A stretch of DNA of 64,000 nt from positions 183 to 64,182 of the forward strand of contig CAZGEF010000002.1 of assembly GCA_964525005.1 (NCBI GenBank). Reading direction: 5' to 3'. A model generated the notes under the pieces. The model saw only the letters and a program-made list of their open reading frames with translations, was not told the origin of the DNA and made no database searches. The DNA is from an uncultured Rhabdothermincola sp. Lineage in GTDB: Bacteria; Actinomycetota; Acidimicrobiia; Acidimicrobiales; Acidimicrobilacustridaceae. This document shows, in pieces, positions 52,680 to 61,944 of the stretch. Position numbers and translations under genes: made by a program. Within the stretch, counting starts at the first letter, position 1, and every line of letters starts with the position of its first letter.

Positions 52680-54161
52680 GTGCAGCGGCTCTCCGGTCTG
52701 GACGCGTTCTTCATCTACGTCGAATCCCCCAGCGTGCACGCCCACGTGGCGCTCACCGCGGTGCTCGACCCGTCGACCATGCCCACGGGCTACTCGTTCG
52801 AGCGCATCCGCGATGCCATCGGTTCCCGGGTCCACCTGGTGCCCGCGTTCCGCAAGCTCGTCGTCGACGTCCCCCTCCACGTCAGCCATCCCGTGTGGAT
52901 CGACGACCCGAACTTCGACATCGACGCCCACGTCCACCGCGCCGCCGTGCCCGCGCCGGGCGGCGAGCGCGAGCTGGCGGAGTTCGCCGGTCACATCGCG
53001 TCCATCCCGCTCCCCCGCACACGGCCCCTGTGGGAGATGTGGGTCGTCGAAGGCCTGGCGGAGGGGCGCATCGGCATCTGCGCCAAGATCCACCACTCGG
53101 CCATGGACGGTGCCGCCGCCGCCGAGTTGATGCCGGTCTTCTTCGACCTCGAGGCGGACCCCCCACCCCGGGAGCCGCCTCCCCCGTGGGAGCCCGAACC
53201 CGCCCCCGACCAGTGGCAGATGCTCGGCGAGGCCGGTGTCGACCGGCTTCGATCGCTCACCAACGTGCCGGGTCTGCTGCGGCGCACGGGCGAGGCGGTC
53301 GGTGCCATCCGGCGGTTTCGCCGGGTGGCGACCGGACCGGCCGGAGGCACGCCGTTCCAGCCGCCGCGGACGGCGTTCAACGGCCCGCTCACCGGCGACC
53401 GCAGCGTCGCGTTCGCCCGTCTGCCCCTCGACGACGTGAAGCGGGTCAAGGACGTCCACGGCGCGACGGTCAACGACGTCCTGCTCGCCACGACGGCGCT
53501 CACCGCACGCCACTACCTCGCCGCCCACGAGGATGCACCCGACCGACCCCTGCTCGCGGCCTGCCCCGTGTCGATCCGATCGGCCGACGACGCGGCCGGT
53601 GCCAACAGGGTCTCGATCATGTTCAGCCCGGTCCATGCCGACCTCGACGACCCCGCCGAGGTCATCGACATGACCAAGGCGACGGCATCGGCGACCAAGT
53701 GGGAGCACGAGGTGCTCGGACCGAGCACGCTCGGCGACTGGGCCGAGGTGGCCGACCCCTTCGCGAGCTCGGCGGTGAGCACCTTCGTCAGCAACCGGGG
53801 GCTGATGGGCCGCCTGCCCCGACCGGTGATCAGCATGATCCTCTCGAACATCCCCGGGCCGCCCTTCCCCGTCTACCTCGGCGGCGCGGTCATGGAGCGG
53901 GCGTTCCCGATGGGCCCGGTGATGGAAGGAGCCGGCCTCAACCTCACCGTGCTCAGCTACCGCGACCACGTCGACTTCGGGTTCCTGGCGGCCACCTCTG
54001 TGGTGCCCGACATCTGGGAGCTGGCCGAGTCGGTGCCGACCGCGTTCGCCCAGCTCTACGCGGATGCCGTCACCACCGAGGCCGGCCCCGCTCACCGCGC
54101 TCGGGACGGGGAGCCACCGGGCGACGAACCACGAGGAGCCTCCGGCCCGGGAGCTGGCTGA
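52680..54161 (+). CDS. Wax ester synthase / acyl-CoA:diacylglycerol acyltransferase (WS/DGAT)
   Basis: Catalytic HHSAMDGAAA (HHxxxDG) and a C-terminal NIPGPPFPVYLGGA. GTG start at 52680 chosen; the in-frame ATG at 52629 would overlap the divergent esterase start. Confidence 0.85.
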   Translation: MQRLSGLDAFFIYVESPSVHAHVALTAVLDPSTMPTGYSFERIRDAIGSRVHLVPAFRKLVVDVPLHVSHPVWIDDPNFDIDAHVHRAAVPAPGGERELAEFAGHIASIPLPRTRPLWEMWVVEGLAEGRIGICAKIHHSAMDGAAAAELMPVFFDLEADPPPREPPPPWEPEPAPDQWQMLGEAGVDRLRSLTNVPGLLRRTGEAVGAIRRFRRVATGPAGGTPFQPPRTAFNGPLTGDRSVAFARLPLDDVKRVKDVHGATVNDVLLATTALTARHYLAAHEDAPDRPLLAACPVSIRSADDAAGANRVSIMFSPVHADLDDPAEVIDMTKATASATKWEHEVLGPSTLGDWAEVADPFASSAVSTFVSNRGLMGRLPRPVISMILSNIPGPPFPVYLGGAVMERAFPMGPVMEGAGLNLTVLSYRDHVDFGFLAATSVVPDIWELAESVPTAFAQLYADAVTTEAGPAHRARDGEPPGDEPRGASGPGAG

Positions 54162-54248
54162 CGCCCCCATCACCCGCCGACGAAGGGTCGTCGACCAAAC
54201 ACTCGTTCAACATGCGGGAAGCGGATCGCTGCCGTTTGATGCCCGCGA

Positions 54249-54262
54249 TGGAACGTGTTCTA
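54249..54262. promoter_or_regulatory. KstR-type (TetR family) operator match TGGAACGTGTTCTA
   Basis: Fits TnnAACnnGTTnnA exactly, 10 nt upstream of the acyl-CoA synthetase ATG (54272). Confidence 0.45.
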
Positions 54263-54271
54263 CTGTGACCT

Positions 54272-55912
54272 ATGGCCTACAACGCTGCGGACATGTTCGA
54301 GTACGCCGTCGACGTCGTCGCCGACAAGACCGCCATCATCTGCGGCGATGTGCACCGCTCCTACCGTGAGCTCGACGAGCGATCGAACCGCCTCGCCCAC
54401 CACCTCATCGCCGAAGGCGTCGAGCCCGGCGACCACATCGGGATCTACGGCCTCAACTCCATCGAGTGGATGGAAGGCCTCCTCGCCGTCCTCAAGGTGC
54501 GGGCGGTGCCGGTCAACATCAACTTCCGCTACGTCGAGGCCGAGCTCTCCTACCTCTTCGACAACGCGGACCTCAAGGGCCTCATCTACTCCGAGGAGTT
54601 CGGCCCGCGCGTCGCCGCGGTCAAGGGCGACCTGCCGCTGCTCAAGACCCTGGTGATGATCGAGGACGGCTCGGGTGCCGACCAGAGCGGCCTCGACGCC
54701 ACACCCTTCTCCAAGGCGCTCGAGAACGGCTCGCCCGAACGCGACTTCGCCGAGCGCTCCCCCGACGACCAGATCATCATCTACACCGGCGGGACCACCG
54801 GCATGCCCAAGGGCGTCATGTGGCGTTCCGAGGACATCTTCTTCGCCCTCGCCGGTGGCATCGACCCCTTCACCAAGGAGCGGGTCCCCGACGACCACCA
54901 CCACGCCCGCAACGCCGCGGCCGCCGGTGGCCAGATCATCATGATGAACACACCGCCGCTCATGCACGGCGCGGCGTTCATCGGCACGCTCATGCAGCTC
55001 TTCCAGGGCAACCTCAACGTGCTCGTCCCCAAGTTCGACGCCGCCGAGGTGTGGCGCATCATCGACCGGGAGCGGGTCAACGCCATCCTCATCGTGGGCG
55101 ACGCCATGGGTCGTCCGATGATCGAGGCGCTCCACGAGCTGGACGCCGCCGGCGAGGAGCTCGACCTGTCGTGCGTCCTGTCGGTCAGCTCCACGGCCGC
55201 CGTGTTCTCGCCATCGGTCAAGGACCAGTTCCTCGAACGGTTCCCCAACCTGGTGCTGACCGACTCGGTGGGCTCCACCGAATCGGGCATGAACGGCATC
55301 ATCGCCGTGGGGAAGGGCAACACCGCCATGAACGCCGGTGGCCCGACGGTCAACCCGAGCCGCGACACGGTCGTGCTCGACGAAGACCTCAACATCGTCG
55401 AAGCCGGCTCGGACACCATCGGCATGGTCGGCCGGGGCGGCAACATCCCGCTCGGCTACTACAAGGACGAGGCCAAGACGGCCCTCACCTTCGTCATCGC
55501 CAAGGACGGCAAGCGCTACGCCATGCCCGGCGACTTCGCCACCATCGGCGCCGACGGCAACATCACACTCCTCGGCCGCGGCTCGGTGTGCATCAACACC
55601 GGCGGCGAGAAGGTGTACCCCGAAGAGGTCGAACAAGCCCTCAAGGCCCACGAAAGCGTGTTCGACTGCGTGGTGGTCGGCATCGCCGATGAACGCTGGG
55701 GGCAGAAAGTCACCGCCGTCGTGCAACCCCGCGAGGGCCACACGCCCACGCTCGCCGAGCTCGACCCGCACACACGGAACTTCGTGGCCGCCTATAAGGT
55801 GCCCAAAGAGCTCCACCTCGTCGACGAGATCGTCCGATCACCCAGCGGCAAGCCCGACTACCCGTGGGCCAAGGAGCTGGCCGAAGCCGGCACCCATCGG
55901 GCCGACGGCTAG
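54272..55912 (+). CDS. Acyl-CoA synthetase / AMP-dependent ligase (FadD-like)
   Basis: Contains IIYTGGTTGMPKGV (AMP-binding core), GDFATIGADGNITLLGR and a C-terminal SPSGKPDY. Confidence 0.92.
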   Translation: MAYNAADMFEYAVDVVADKTAIICGDVHRSYRELDERSNRLAHHLIAEGVEPGDHIGIYGLNSIEWMEGLLAVLKVRAVPVNINFRYVEAELSYLFDNADLKGLIYSEEFGPRVAAVKGDLPLLKTLVMIEDGSGADQSGLDATPFSKALENGSPERDFAERSPDDQIIIYTGGTTGMPKGVMWRSEDIFFALAGGIDPFTKERVPDDHHHARNAAAAGGQIIMMNTPPLMHGAAFIGTLMQLFQGNLNVLVPKFDAAEVWRIIDRERVNAILIVGDAMGRPMIEALHELDAAGEELDLSCVLSVSSTAAVFSPSVKDQFLERFPNLVLTDSVGSTESGMNGIIAVGKGNTAMNAGGPTVNPSRDTVVLDEDLNIVEAGSDTIGMVGRGGNIPLGYYKDEAKTALTFVIAKDGKRYAMPGDFATIGADGNITLLGRGSVCINTGGEKVYPEEVEQALKAHESVFDCVVVGIADERWGQKVTAVVQPREGHTPTLAELDPHTRNFVAAYKVPKELHLVDEIVRSPSGKPDYPWAKELAEAGTHRADG

Positions 55913-56062
55913 CTCTCAACCAATCGCCAGCTCACCCCGATCTCGTCGGGTTCGGGGAGTTCCGGTCCGAGCGGCTCACCCGGGCCGCGACCACCACCTC
56001 ACCGCAGGCAACCAACCACCGCAGCAGCATCGCTGCACCACGGATCTCAGGGGGTCCACAGC

Positions 56063-57511
56063 ATGAGCAACTTCGACAAGTTCTACATCGGTGGCAAGTG
56101 GGTCGAGCCGTCGGGCACCGAGACGCTCGATGTCTTCTCCCCCGCCACCGAGGAGCTGGTCGGCCAGGTCCCTGTCTCGACGACCGCCGACATGGATGCC
56201 GCGGTACAGGCCGCCAAGGACGCCTTCGAGCTGGGCCCGTGGCGCAACACCACGCCCGACGAGCGCGCCGACATCATCTCCAAGGTCTCGGCGGGCATCA
56301 CCGCCCGCATGGACGAGTTCGCCACGCTGATCACCCAGCAGAACGGCGCCCCGTTCGTCTTCTCGCAGATGGGCCAGGTGTACGCCGCCACCGCCATCCT
56401 CGACCAGTTCGCCACGGTCGTGCGCGAGTACCCCTTCGAACAGACCCGCACCGGCCTGCTGGGCAACGCCATCGTGCGCCGTGAGCCCGTCGGCGTGTGC
56501 GCCGGCATCATCCCGTGGAACGTGCCGCTGTTCATCACCGCGCTCAAGCTCGGACCGGCCCTGGCCTCGGGTTCGACCATCGTCATCAAGCCCGCCCCCG
56601 AGACCCCGCTCGACAGCTACCTGCTGGCCGAGGTCCTCGAGGAGGCCGGCGTTCCCGCCGGTGTGGTCAACATCGTCACGGCGGACCGCGAGGTCGGTGA
56701 GCACCTGGTGCGCCACCCCGACATCGACAAGATCAGCTTCACCGGCAGCACCGCGGCGGGCCGCAAGATCGGTGCCATCGCCGGCGAGCAGCTCAAGCGC
56801 CTCACGCTCGAGCTGGGCGGCAAGTCGGCCGCCATCATCCTCGACGACGCCAACCTCGACGAGACGCTCCCCACCCTCATGCAGTTCGCGCTCATGAACA
56901 ACGGCCAGGCGTGCGTGGCCCAGACCCGCATCCTCGCGTCACGCAACCGCTACGACGAGGTCAAGGACGCCCTGGCCGAACAGGTGGCCACCTTCCAGGC
57001 CGGCGACCCGCTCGACCCTGCCACCCAGCTCGGCCCGCTCGTCGCCAAACGCCAGCAGGACCGCGTGCTCGGCTACATCGAGAAGGGCAAGGCCGAGGGT
57101 GCCAACGTCGTGGTCGGTGGCGGTGTCCCCGCCGGCTTCGACAAGGGCTGGTTCGTCGAGGCCACGCTGTTCTCCGACGTCGACAACGCAATGACCATCG
57201 CCCAGGAGGAGATCTTCGGCCCGGTCCTCTCGCTCATCCCCTACGACAGCGAAGAGGACGCCATCGCCATCGCCAACGACTCCGACTACGGCCTGTCGGG
57301 TTCGGTGTACACCGAGGACGTCGAGAAGGGCATCGACATCGCCCGTCGGGTCCGCACCGGCACCTACGCCGTCAACAACATGGGCATGGACTTCGGTTCG
57401 CCCTTCGGCGGCATGAAGAGCTCGGGCGTCGGCCGCGAGCTGGGCCCCGAGGGCCTCGAGGCGTTCCTCGAGGACAAGTCGATCCTCCTCCCCGGTGGCT
57501 ACGAGGCCTGA
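56063..57511 (+). CDS. NAD(P)-dependent aldehyde dehydrogenase
   Basis: Contains FTGSTAAGRKI, ELGGKSA, the catalytic NNGQACVAQTR and EEIFGPV. Confidence 0.95.
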   Translation: MSNFDKFYIGGKWVEPSGTETLDVFSPATEELVGQVPVSTTADMDAAVQAAKDAFELGPWRNTTPDERADIISKVSAGITARMDEFATLITQQNGAPFVFSQMGQVYAATAILDQFATVVREYPFEQTRTGLLGNAIVRREPVGVCAGIIPWNVPLFITALKLGPALASGSTIVIKPAPETPLDSYLLAEVLEEAGVPAGVVNIVTADREVGEHLVRHPDIDKISFTGSTAAGRKIGAIAGEQLKRLTLELGGKSAAIILDDANLDETLPTLMQFALMNNGQACVAQTRILASRNRYDEVKDALAEQVATFQAGDPLDPATQLGPLVAKRQQDRVLGYIEKGKAEGANVVVGGGVPAGFDKGWFVEATLFSDVDNAMTIAQEEIFGPVLSLIPYDSEEDAIAIANDSDYGLSGSVYTEDVEKGIDIARRVRTGTYAVNNMGMDFGSPFGGMKSSGVGRELGPEGLEAFLEDKSILLPGGYEA

Positions 57512-57553
57512 ACGGCGAGGTGACCGTCACGTCGCCGACGTGACCGAGCAGTC

Positions 57554-57585
57554 GAAGGAGGGAGCGTTCCGACGCTCCCTCCTTC
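57554..57585. terminator. Perfect 14-bp stem / 4-nt loop hairpin after the aldehyde dehydrogenase gene
   Basis: gaaggagggagcgt-tccg-acgctccctccttc. A 19-bp perfect palindrome gtcacgtcgccgacgtgac lies just upstream at 57526-57544. No U-tract. It sits between convergent genes, so it could act in both directions. Confidence 0.55.
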
Positions 57586-57677
57586 CGCGTCCGCACTCCT
57601 GCACCGTCGCATGCGCACCTGGGCACGTTCAGCGTCGCTCAGCACGCACACGACCGATCGTCATCGCGTGGTCGGCG

Positions 57678-57851
57678 TCAGCGGAAGTGTCGACCCTGGT
57701 ACGGGTGGGTCAGGCGCAGCACGGAAATCGTGGCACCGCCACCGACGACGAGCACGAGCAGCGCGACGGGCAGCGACCACTGCCACAGGTAGAGCAGCGT
57801 GACGGCGATGACCGAACCGAACGCAGCGATCGCCTTCTCCGTGCGGGACAT
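57678..57851 (-). CDS. Candidate 57-aa two-TM small membrane protein
   Basis: Translates to MSRTEKAIAAFGSVIAVTLLYLWQWSLPVALLVLVVGGGATISVLRLTHPYQGRHFR. It is below the track cut-off, has G/C-rich third positions and only a weak GGTAGG upstream. Confidence 0.35.
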   Translation of the reverse strand: MSRTEKAIAAFGSVIAVTLLYLWQWSLPVALLVLVVGGGATISVLRLTHPYQGRHFR

Positions 57852-57864
57852 CGCCACAACCTAC

Positions 57865-57954
57865 CGGCTGACCTTCGACCGGCCGACCTCGGACGGGCTG
57901 ACCTTCGACGGGCTGACCTTCGACGGGCTGACCTTGGACGGGCTGACCTTCACC
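57865..57954. repeat. 6 x 15-bp tandem repeat (consensus gggctgaccttcgac), intergenic
   Basis: The units are cggctgaccttcgac, cggccgacctcggac, gggctgaccttcgac, gggctgaccttcgac, gggctgaccttggac and gggctgaccttcacc. They lie between the stop of gene 57994-58395 and the start of the small ORF at 57851. Confidence 0.9.
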
Positions 57955-57993
57955 GGCCGAACCACGCGACCGGTGTGGGCCACGACCCGCGGC

Positions 57994-58395
57994 CTACTTG
58001 TCGCGAGACTTCGTCGCGGTGCGCAGCAGGTCCTCCACCCGGCCGAGCGCCTCGACCGTGCGATCGGTCTGGGCCCGGTCCTCGTAGATGCTGCGCAGCA
58101 GCCAGAACCGCAGGTAGCGGGTGAGCGAGTACCGCACGAACAGCGCAGCACCACCGATCGCCACCGCGACGCCGATCAGACCCGACATCAGGTAGGCCCG
58201 CTGGTCCGCCGGGCTGGCCGTGCCCGACCCCCCGACGTAGGCCGCGATCGTGATGACGATGCCCGTCAGGATCAGCAGGAACCCGATGATGAGCCAGACC
58301 CGCTCACGGGAATCCTCGGGCGGCCGGAGATCCATGTTGCGGATCTCCTCCTTGAACTCGTCGATGCGCTGAGGGTTGTTTTCCATGTGGTTCAT
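57994..58395 (-). CDS. Hypothetical two-TM membrane protein
   Basis: Starts MNHMENNPQRIDEFKEEIRNM... TM helices are VWLIIGFLLILTGIVITIAAYV and LMSGLIGVAVAIGGAALFV. No family recognised. Last gene of the liv-type operon direction. Confidence 0.6.
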   Translation of the reverse strand: MNHMENNPQRIDEFKEEIRNMDLRPPEDSRERVWLIIGFLLILTGIVITIAAYVGGSGTASPADQRAYLMSGLIGVAVAIGGAALFVRYSLTRYLRFWLLRSIYEDRAQTDRTVEALGRVEDLLRTATKSRDK

Positions 58396-58434
58396 GTACT
58401 CCCGTGGGGTGGAAGGTCTCCCGGTGGTGGAAGG

Positions 58435-59151
58435 TCAGCCCCCGAGGTAGGCCGCCGAGAGCTCGTCCTCGAGCTCTTCCGGCGATCCGACTCGGGTGAT
58501 TCGTCCGTGCAACATGATGGCCGCCAGGTCGGCGACACCGAGGACGGTCCGCGCGAACTGCTCGACGACGAGGATCGAGACCCCCGTCTGCGCGATCTGC
58601 CGCACGATCTCGTAGAGCTCCTCGACGATGAGCGGGGCGAGCCCCATCGAGAGCTCGTCGAGCAGCAGGACCGCGGGCTTGGTCGCGAGCCCACGGGCGA
58701 GGGCGAGCATCTGCTGCTCGCCACCCGACATCGTGCCCGCCATCTGGCCGCGACGCTCGGAGAGCCGCGGGAACCGGGCGAAGGCCTCCTCCTTGATGTC
58801 GGACACCGATGTGCCGGTGAACGACATCATCTCGAGGTTGTCCGACACGGTGAGGTTGGGGAAGATCCCCCGTCCCTCGGGGATCGTGCACAACCCCGCA
58901 CGGGCGAGCCGGTCGGGGCTCACCCCGTTGACCCGTCGACCGGCCACGGCGACGGTGCCCTCGGTCGGCTCGATGAGCCCCGAGCACACGCCGATGGTCG
59001 TCGTCTTGCCGGCACCGTTGGGGCCGAGCAGCGCCACGACAGCGCCCTCTGGGATGGCGAGGTCGACCCCGTGCAGGACCTCGATGCGGCCGTAGGCGGC
59101 GCGCACGCCGGACAGCTCGACGATCGGTGGGGCGGTCAGGTCCACGGTCAT
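58435..59151 (-). CDS. livF: Branched-chain amino acid ABC transporter ATP-binding protein (LivF type)
   Basis: Walker A GPNGAGKTT, signature MSGGEQQMLA and Walker B LLLDELSMGL. Confidence 0.9.
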   Translation of the reverse strand: MTVDLTAPPIVELSGVRAAYGRIEVLHGVDLAIPEGAVVALLGPNGAGKTTTIGVCSGLIEPTEGTVAVAGRRVNGVSPDRLARAGLCTIPEGRGIFPNLTVSDNLEMMSFTGTSVSDIKEEAFARFPRLSERRGQMAGTMSGGEQQMLALARGLATKPAVLLLDELSMGLAPLIVEELYEIVRQIAQTGVSILVVEQFARTVLGVADLAAIMLHGRITRVGSPEELEDELSAAYLGG

Positions 59152-59882
59152 GCCGTCACGTCCTCAGGTCCCAGGTAGGCCTCGATGACCGCAGGGTTCG
59201 ACCGGATCTCCTCCGGCGTCCCGTCCGCGATGATCTTGCCGTAGTCGAGCACGAAGATCCGCTGGCAGACCTTCATGACGAGCTCCATGTCGTGCTCCAC
59301 GAGCAGCAGCGCCGTTCCCCCCCGGGCCAGCGACGTGAGCAGGGTGGAGAAGGCCTCGGTCTCGTCCGCATCGAGTCCCGATGCGGGCTCGTCGAGCAGG
59401 AGGATCTTCGGGTTGGTCACGAGCGCACGACCCAGCTCGACGATGCGGGCCTGGCCCGTGGAGAGCTGGTCCGAGCGCTTGTCGGCGAAGCTCGACATGC
59501 CGGTGAGGCCGATGACCTCCTCGACGCGCTCGTCGGCCGGTGTGCGGTCCTTGCCGCCCGGTCGCCGGATCTCCGCCGCGACCTGCAGGTTCTCGCGGCC
59601 GGTCAGGGAGCTGAACAGCTCGAGGCGCTGGAAGGTGCGGGCCACCCCGCGCTGCGAGCGCTGGTGCGGCGCGAACTTGGTGATGTCGATGCTGTTGAGG
59701 CGGATCCGCCCCGCGGTCGGCGGCTGGAGCCCGGTGATGACGTTGAACAGGGTCGTCTTGCCCGCGCCGTTCGGTCCGATCAACCCGGTGATCTTCGAGG
59801 CCTCGGCCTGGAGGGACACGTCGTTCAGCGCCGTGTTGCCACCGAACTGGACGGTCACGTTCTCAATTTCGAGCTGCGCCAC
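59148..59882 (-). CDS. livG: Branched-chain amino acid ABC transporter ATP-binding protein (LivG type)
   Basis: Starts VAQLEIENVTVQFGGNTALNDV, with GPNGAGKTTLFN, LSTGQARIVELGRAL and LLLDEPASGL. GTG start at 59882. The rest of track ORF 59148..60329 lies out of frame over the permease gene. Confidence 0.88.
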   Translation of the reverse strand: MAQLEIENVTVQFGGNTALNDVSLQAEASKITGLIGPNGAGKTTLFNVITGLQPPTAGRIRLNSIDITKFAPHQRSQRGVARTFQRLELFSSLTGRENLQVAAEIRRPGGKDRTPADERVEEVIGLTGMSSFADKRSDQLSTGQARIVELGRALVTNPKILLLDEPASGLDADETEAFSTLLTSLARGGTALLLVEHDMELVMKVCQRIFVLDYGKIIADGTPEEIRSNPAVIEAYLGPEDVTA

Positions 59883-61923
59883 CGATGGCCACCTCCTCCT
59901 CGGTGATGCCCAGCACGCGGTCGATGTGCACGATGTCGTCCGCGGTGAACGAGCGGCCGATGCCGACGTCCTCGGCGTCGTAGACCGGACCGCTGAGGGG
60001 GAGCACCGGCTGCTTCTCCCGCTTCTGGTCGGGGTCGGCGGCGCCCTTGAGCTGGCGCCGGTGGCGGGCTTCGGCGATGCGCGTGCCGATGTCGTTGACC
60101 ATGCCGTTCGGGTTGCGACCGAGGCTGATGCCGATGAGGCCGGGCGCGACCAGCAGGAGGTTCGCCAGGCTCGGAACCGCCTTCGAGACGATCGGGAAGG
60201 CGGCGTAGAGCAACCCGCCGGCGAGGGATCCGCTAACCAGGGCGATGCCCCCGGCCACGGCCATGAGCACGATCGGCAGACCCTGGATGGCGTCGAACTG
60301 GGCCACCGAGACGTTGCGTTGGAGACCACCGAACATCGCCCCGCCGATGCCCGCGATACCCGCCGAGAGCGCGAACACCTGCAGCTTGGTGACGGTGAGG
60401 TTGAGCCCCAGGGTGGCGCAGGCCGCCGGGCTGTCCTTCATGGCCATGAGCCGCCGGCCGAACCGACCGAGGCGCAACCACGCCACACCGATGCCCATGA
60501 GCGCGAACACCACGGCCATGAGCACCATGTAGGACTTCTCGGACTCGAACGTCATCCCGAAGATCTGGAGGCGGGGCACCCGACGTGACCCGCTGGGGAA
60601 CACGGCGTCCTGGGAGAAGATCGCTCGCTCCATGAACACGGCGAAGGCGAACGTGGCGAGCGCGAGGTAGATGCCGCGGAGGCGCAGCGCGGGAAGCGCG
60701 ACGAGCGCACCGACCGCCGCGGGCAGCAGGAACGCCGCCACCAGGCCCACCGGTGAGCCACCGCCTCCCCACTGGCTCATGGCGACCACACCGAGCCCGG
60801 CGAACGCCATCGGCGCGAGCGAGATCTGGCCGCCGTAGCCCGTGAGCGGGACCATCGACAACATGATCATGGCGAAGCCCAGCCCTCGGCTCCACGAGAT
60901 GACGTCGCTCGTCCCCAACATGTTGCTCACGATCACCGTGGCGACGACCAGGGCCGCACCGCCGATCAGCGACCACTTCATGGTGGGCTTGCCCACGCTC
61001 TCGCGGATGCGTACGAGCCCCTGGGCTCGCAGCGGCGCCTGCGGGGTGATCAGCAGCACGACGAACAGCATGATGACCGGGATCGACAGCCGCATGGGAG
61101 CGACGAGGTCCCACTTGTCGGGCAACCAGTCGGGGTTCTGGGGGAGGTAGCCGATGGCCCACGACTGGAGGAGGCCGAGGATCACCGCTCCGAGGAAGGT
61201 GAGGGGGAGGCTCACGAGCCGGCCCACGATCGCGGCCGAGTAGGCGTTGAGCACCAGCAACGTGAGGGTGAGCACGTTGAGGCCGAGGCGGTCGGCGATG
61301 AGGATGCCGGCGAGCGCGGCGAGCGAGGAACCGAGCGCCCAGCTCGTGGCCGATGCTCGGCCGGGACGCCCGCCGTTGAGCTGGACGAGCTCGCGGTTGG
61401 ACACGACCGCCCGCATCGACACGCCGGTGCGGCTCTGGAACAGGAACAGCCGCAGACCGATGGCCACGGCGATCGCCACGCCGATGATCACCACCTGGTG
61501 GTACGACACGTAGGCGTTGAACACCTGGAACTTCGAGCCGTTGAAGAACTCCTTCACCGTGCGCTGCGTGGTGGAGGGCCAGATGATCGGGGCGAGCGCG
61601 ATGAGGCCGAAGAGCAGACCGACCGTGACGACGGTCTTGGTGACCTCGGATACCCCTTCGAGACCCCGCATGATGGTGCGGTCGACCACCCAGCCGAACG
61701 CGGGTGCGAACACCAGCAGCACGAGCAGGATGGCCGGCACCGTGGGGATGCCCCAGCCCACCGAGAGCTGCCAGTACATGAACGCGCCGAGCATGCTCAC
61801 CGCGCCGTGGGCGAAGTTGAAGATGCCCGACGTCGTGTAGGTGACGACGAGTCCGCTCGCCGCGACGGCGTAGATGGCCGCCGTGACGAGGCCGAGGATC
61901 GTGAAGGAGAGGAACTGGTCCAT
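59863..61923 (-). CDS. Fused LivH-LivM type branched-chain amino acid ABC permease
   Basis: 686 aa. The N-terminal half is LivH-like (MDQFLSFTILGLVTAAIYAVAASGLVVTYTTSGIFNFAHG). The C-terminal half is LivM-like (GYGGQISLAPMAFAGLG...). A ~80-aa hydrophilic tail follows. Confidence 0.88.
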   Translation of the reverse strand: MDQFLSFTILGLVTAAIYAVAASGLVVTYTTSGIFNFAHGAVSMLGAFMYWQLSVGWGIPTVPAILLVLLVFAPAFGWVVDRTIMRGLEGVSEVTKTVVTVGLLFGLIALAPIIWPSTTQRTVKEFFNGSKFQVFNAYVSYHQVVIIGVAIAVAIGLRLFLFQSRTGVSMRAVVSNRELVQLNGGRPGRASATSWALGSSLAALAGILIADRLGLNVLTLTLLVLNAYSAAIVGRLVSLPLTFLGAVILGLLQSWAIGYLPQNPDWLPDKWDLVAPMRLSIPVIMLFVVLLITPQAPLRAQGLVRIRESVGKPTMKWSLIGGAALVVATVIVSNMLGTSDVISWSRGLGFAMIMLSMVPLTGYGGQISLAPMAFAGLGVVAMSQWGGGGSPVGLVAAFLLPAAVGALVALPALRLRGIYLALATFAFAVFMERAIFSQDAVFPSGSRRVPRLQIFGMTFESEKSYMVLMAVVFALMGIGVAWLRLGRFGRRLMAMKDSPAACATLGLNLTVTKLQVFALSAGIAGIGGAMFGGLQRNVSVAQFDAIQGLPIVLMAVAGGIALVSGSLAGGLLYAAFPIVSKAVPSLANLLLVAPGLIGISLGRNPNGMVNDIGTRIAEARHRRQLKGAADPDQKREKQPVLPLSGPVYDAEDVGIGRSFTADDIVHIDRVLGITEEEVAIGGAARN

Positions 61924-61944
61924 GGTTCGGGGGCGACTCCGCGA

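Noticed and set aside
57865-57954. Whether any of the tandem repeats (57865, 44611, 40163, 25249) could be a CRISPR array
   Set aside because: The units are directly abutting, 13-23 bp long and have no spacers. No cas genes are present in the window.
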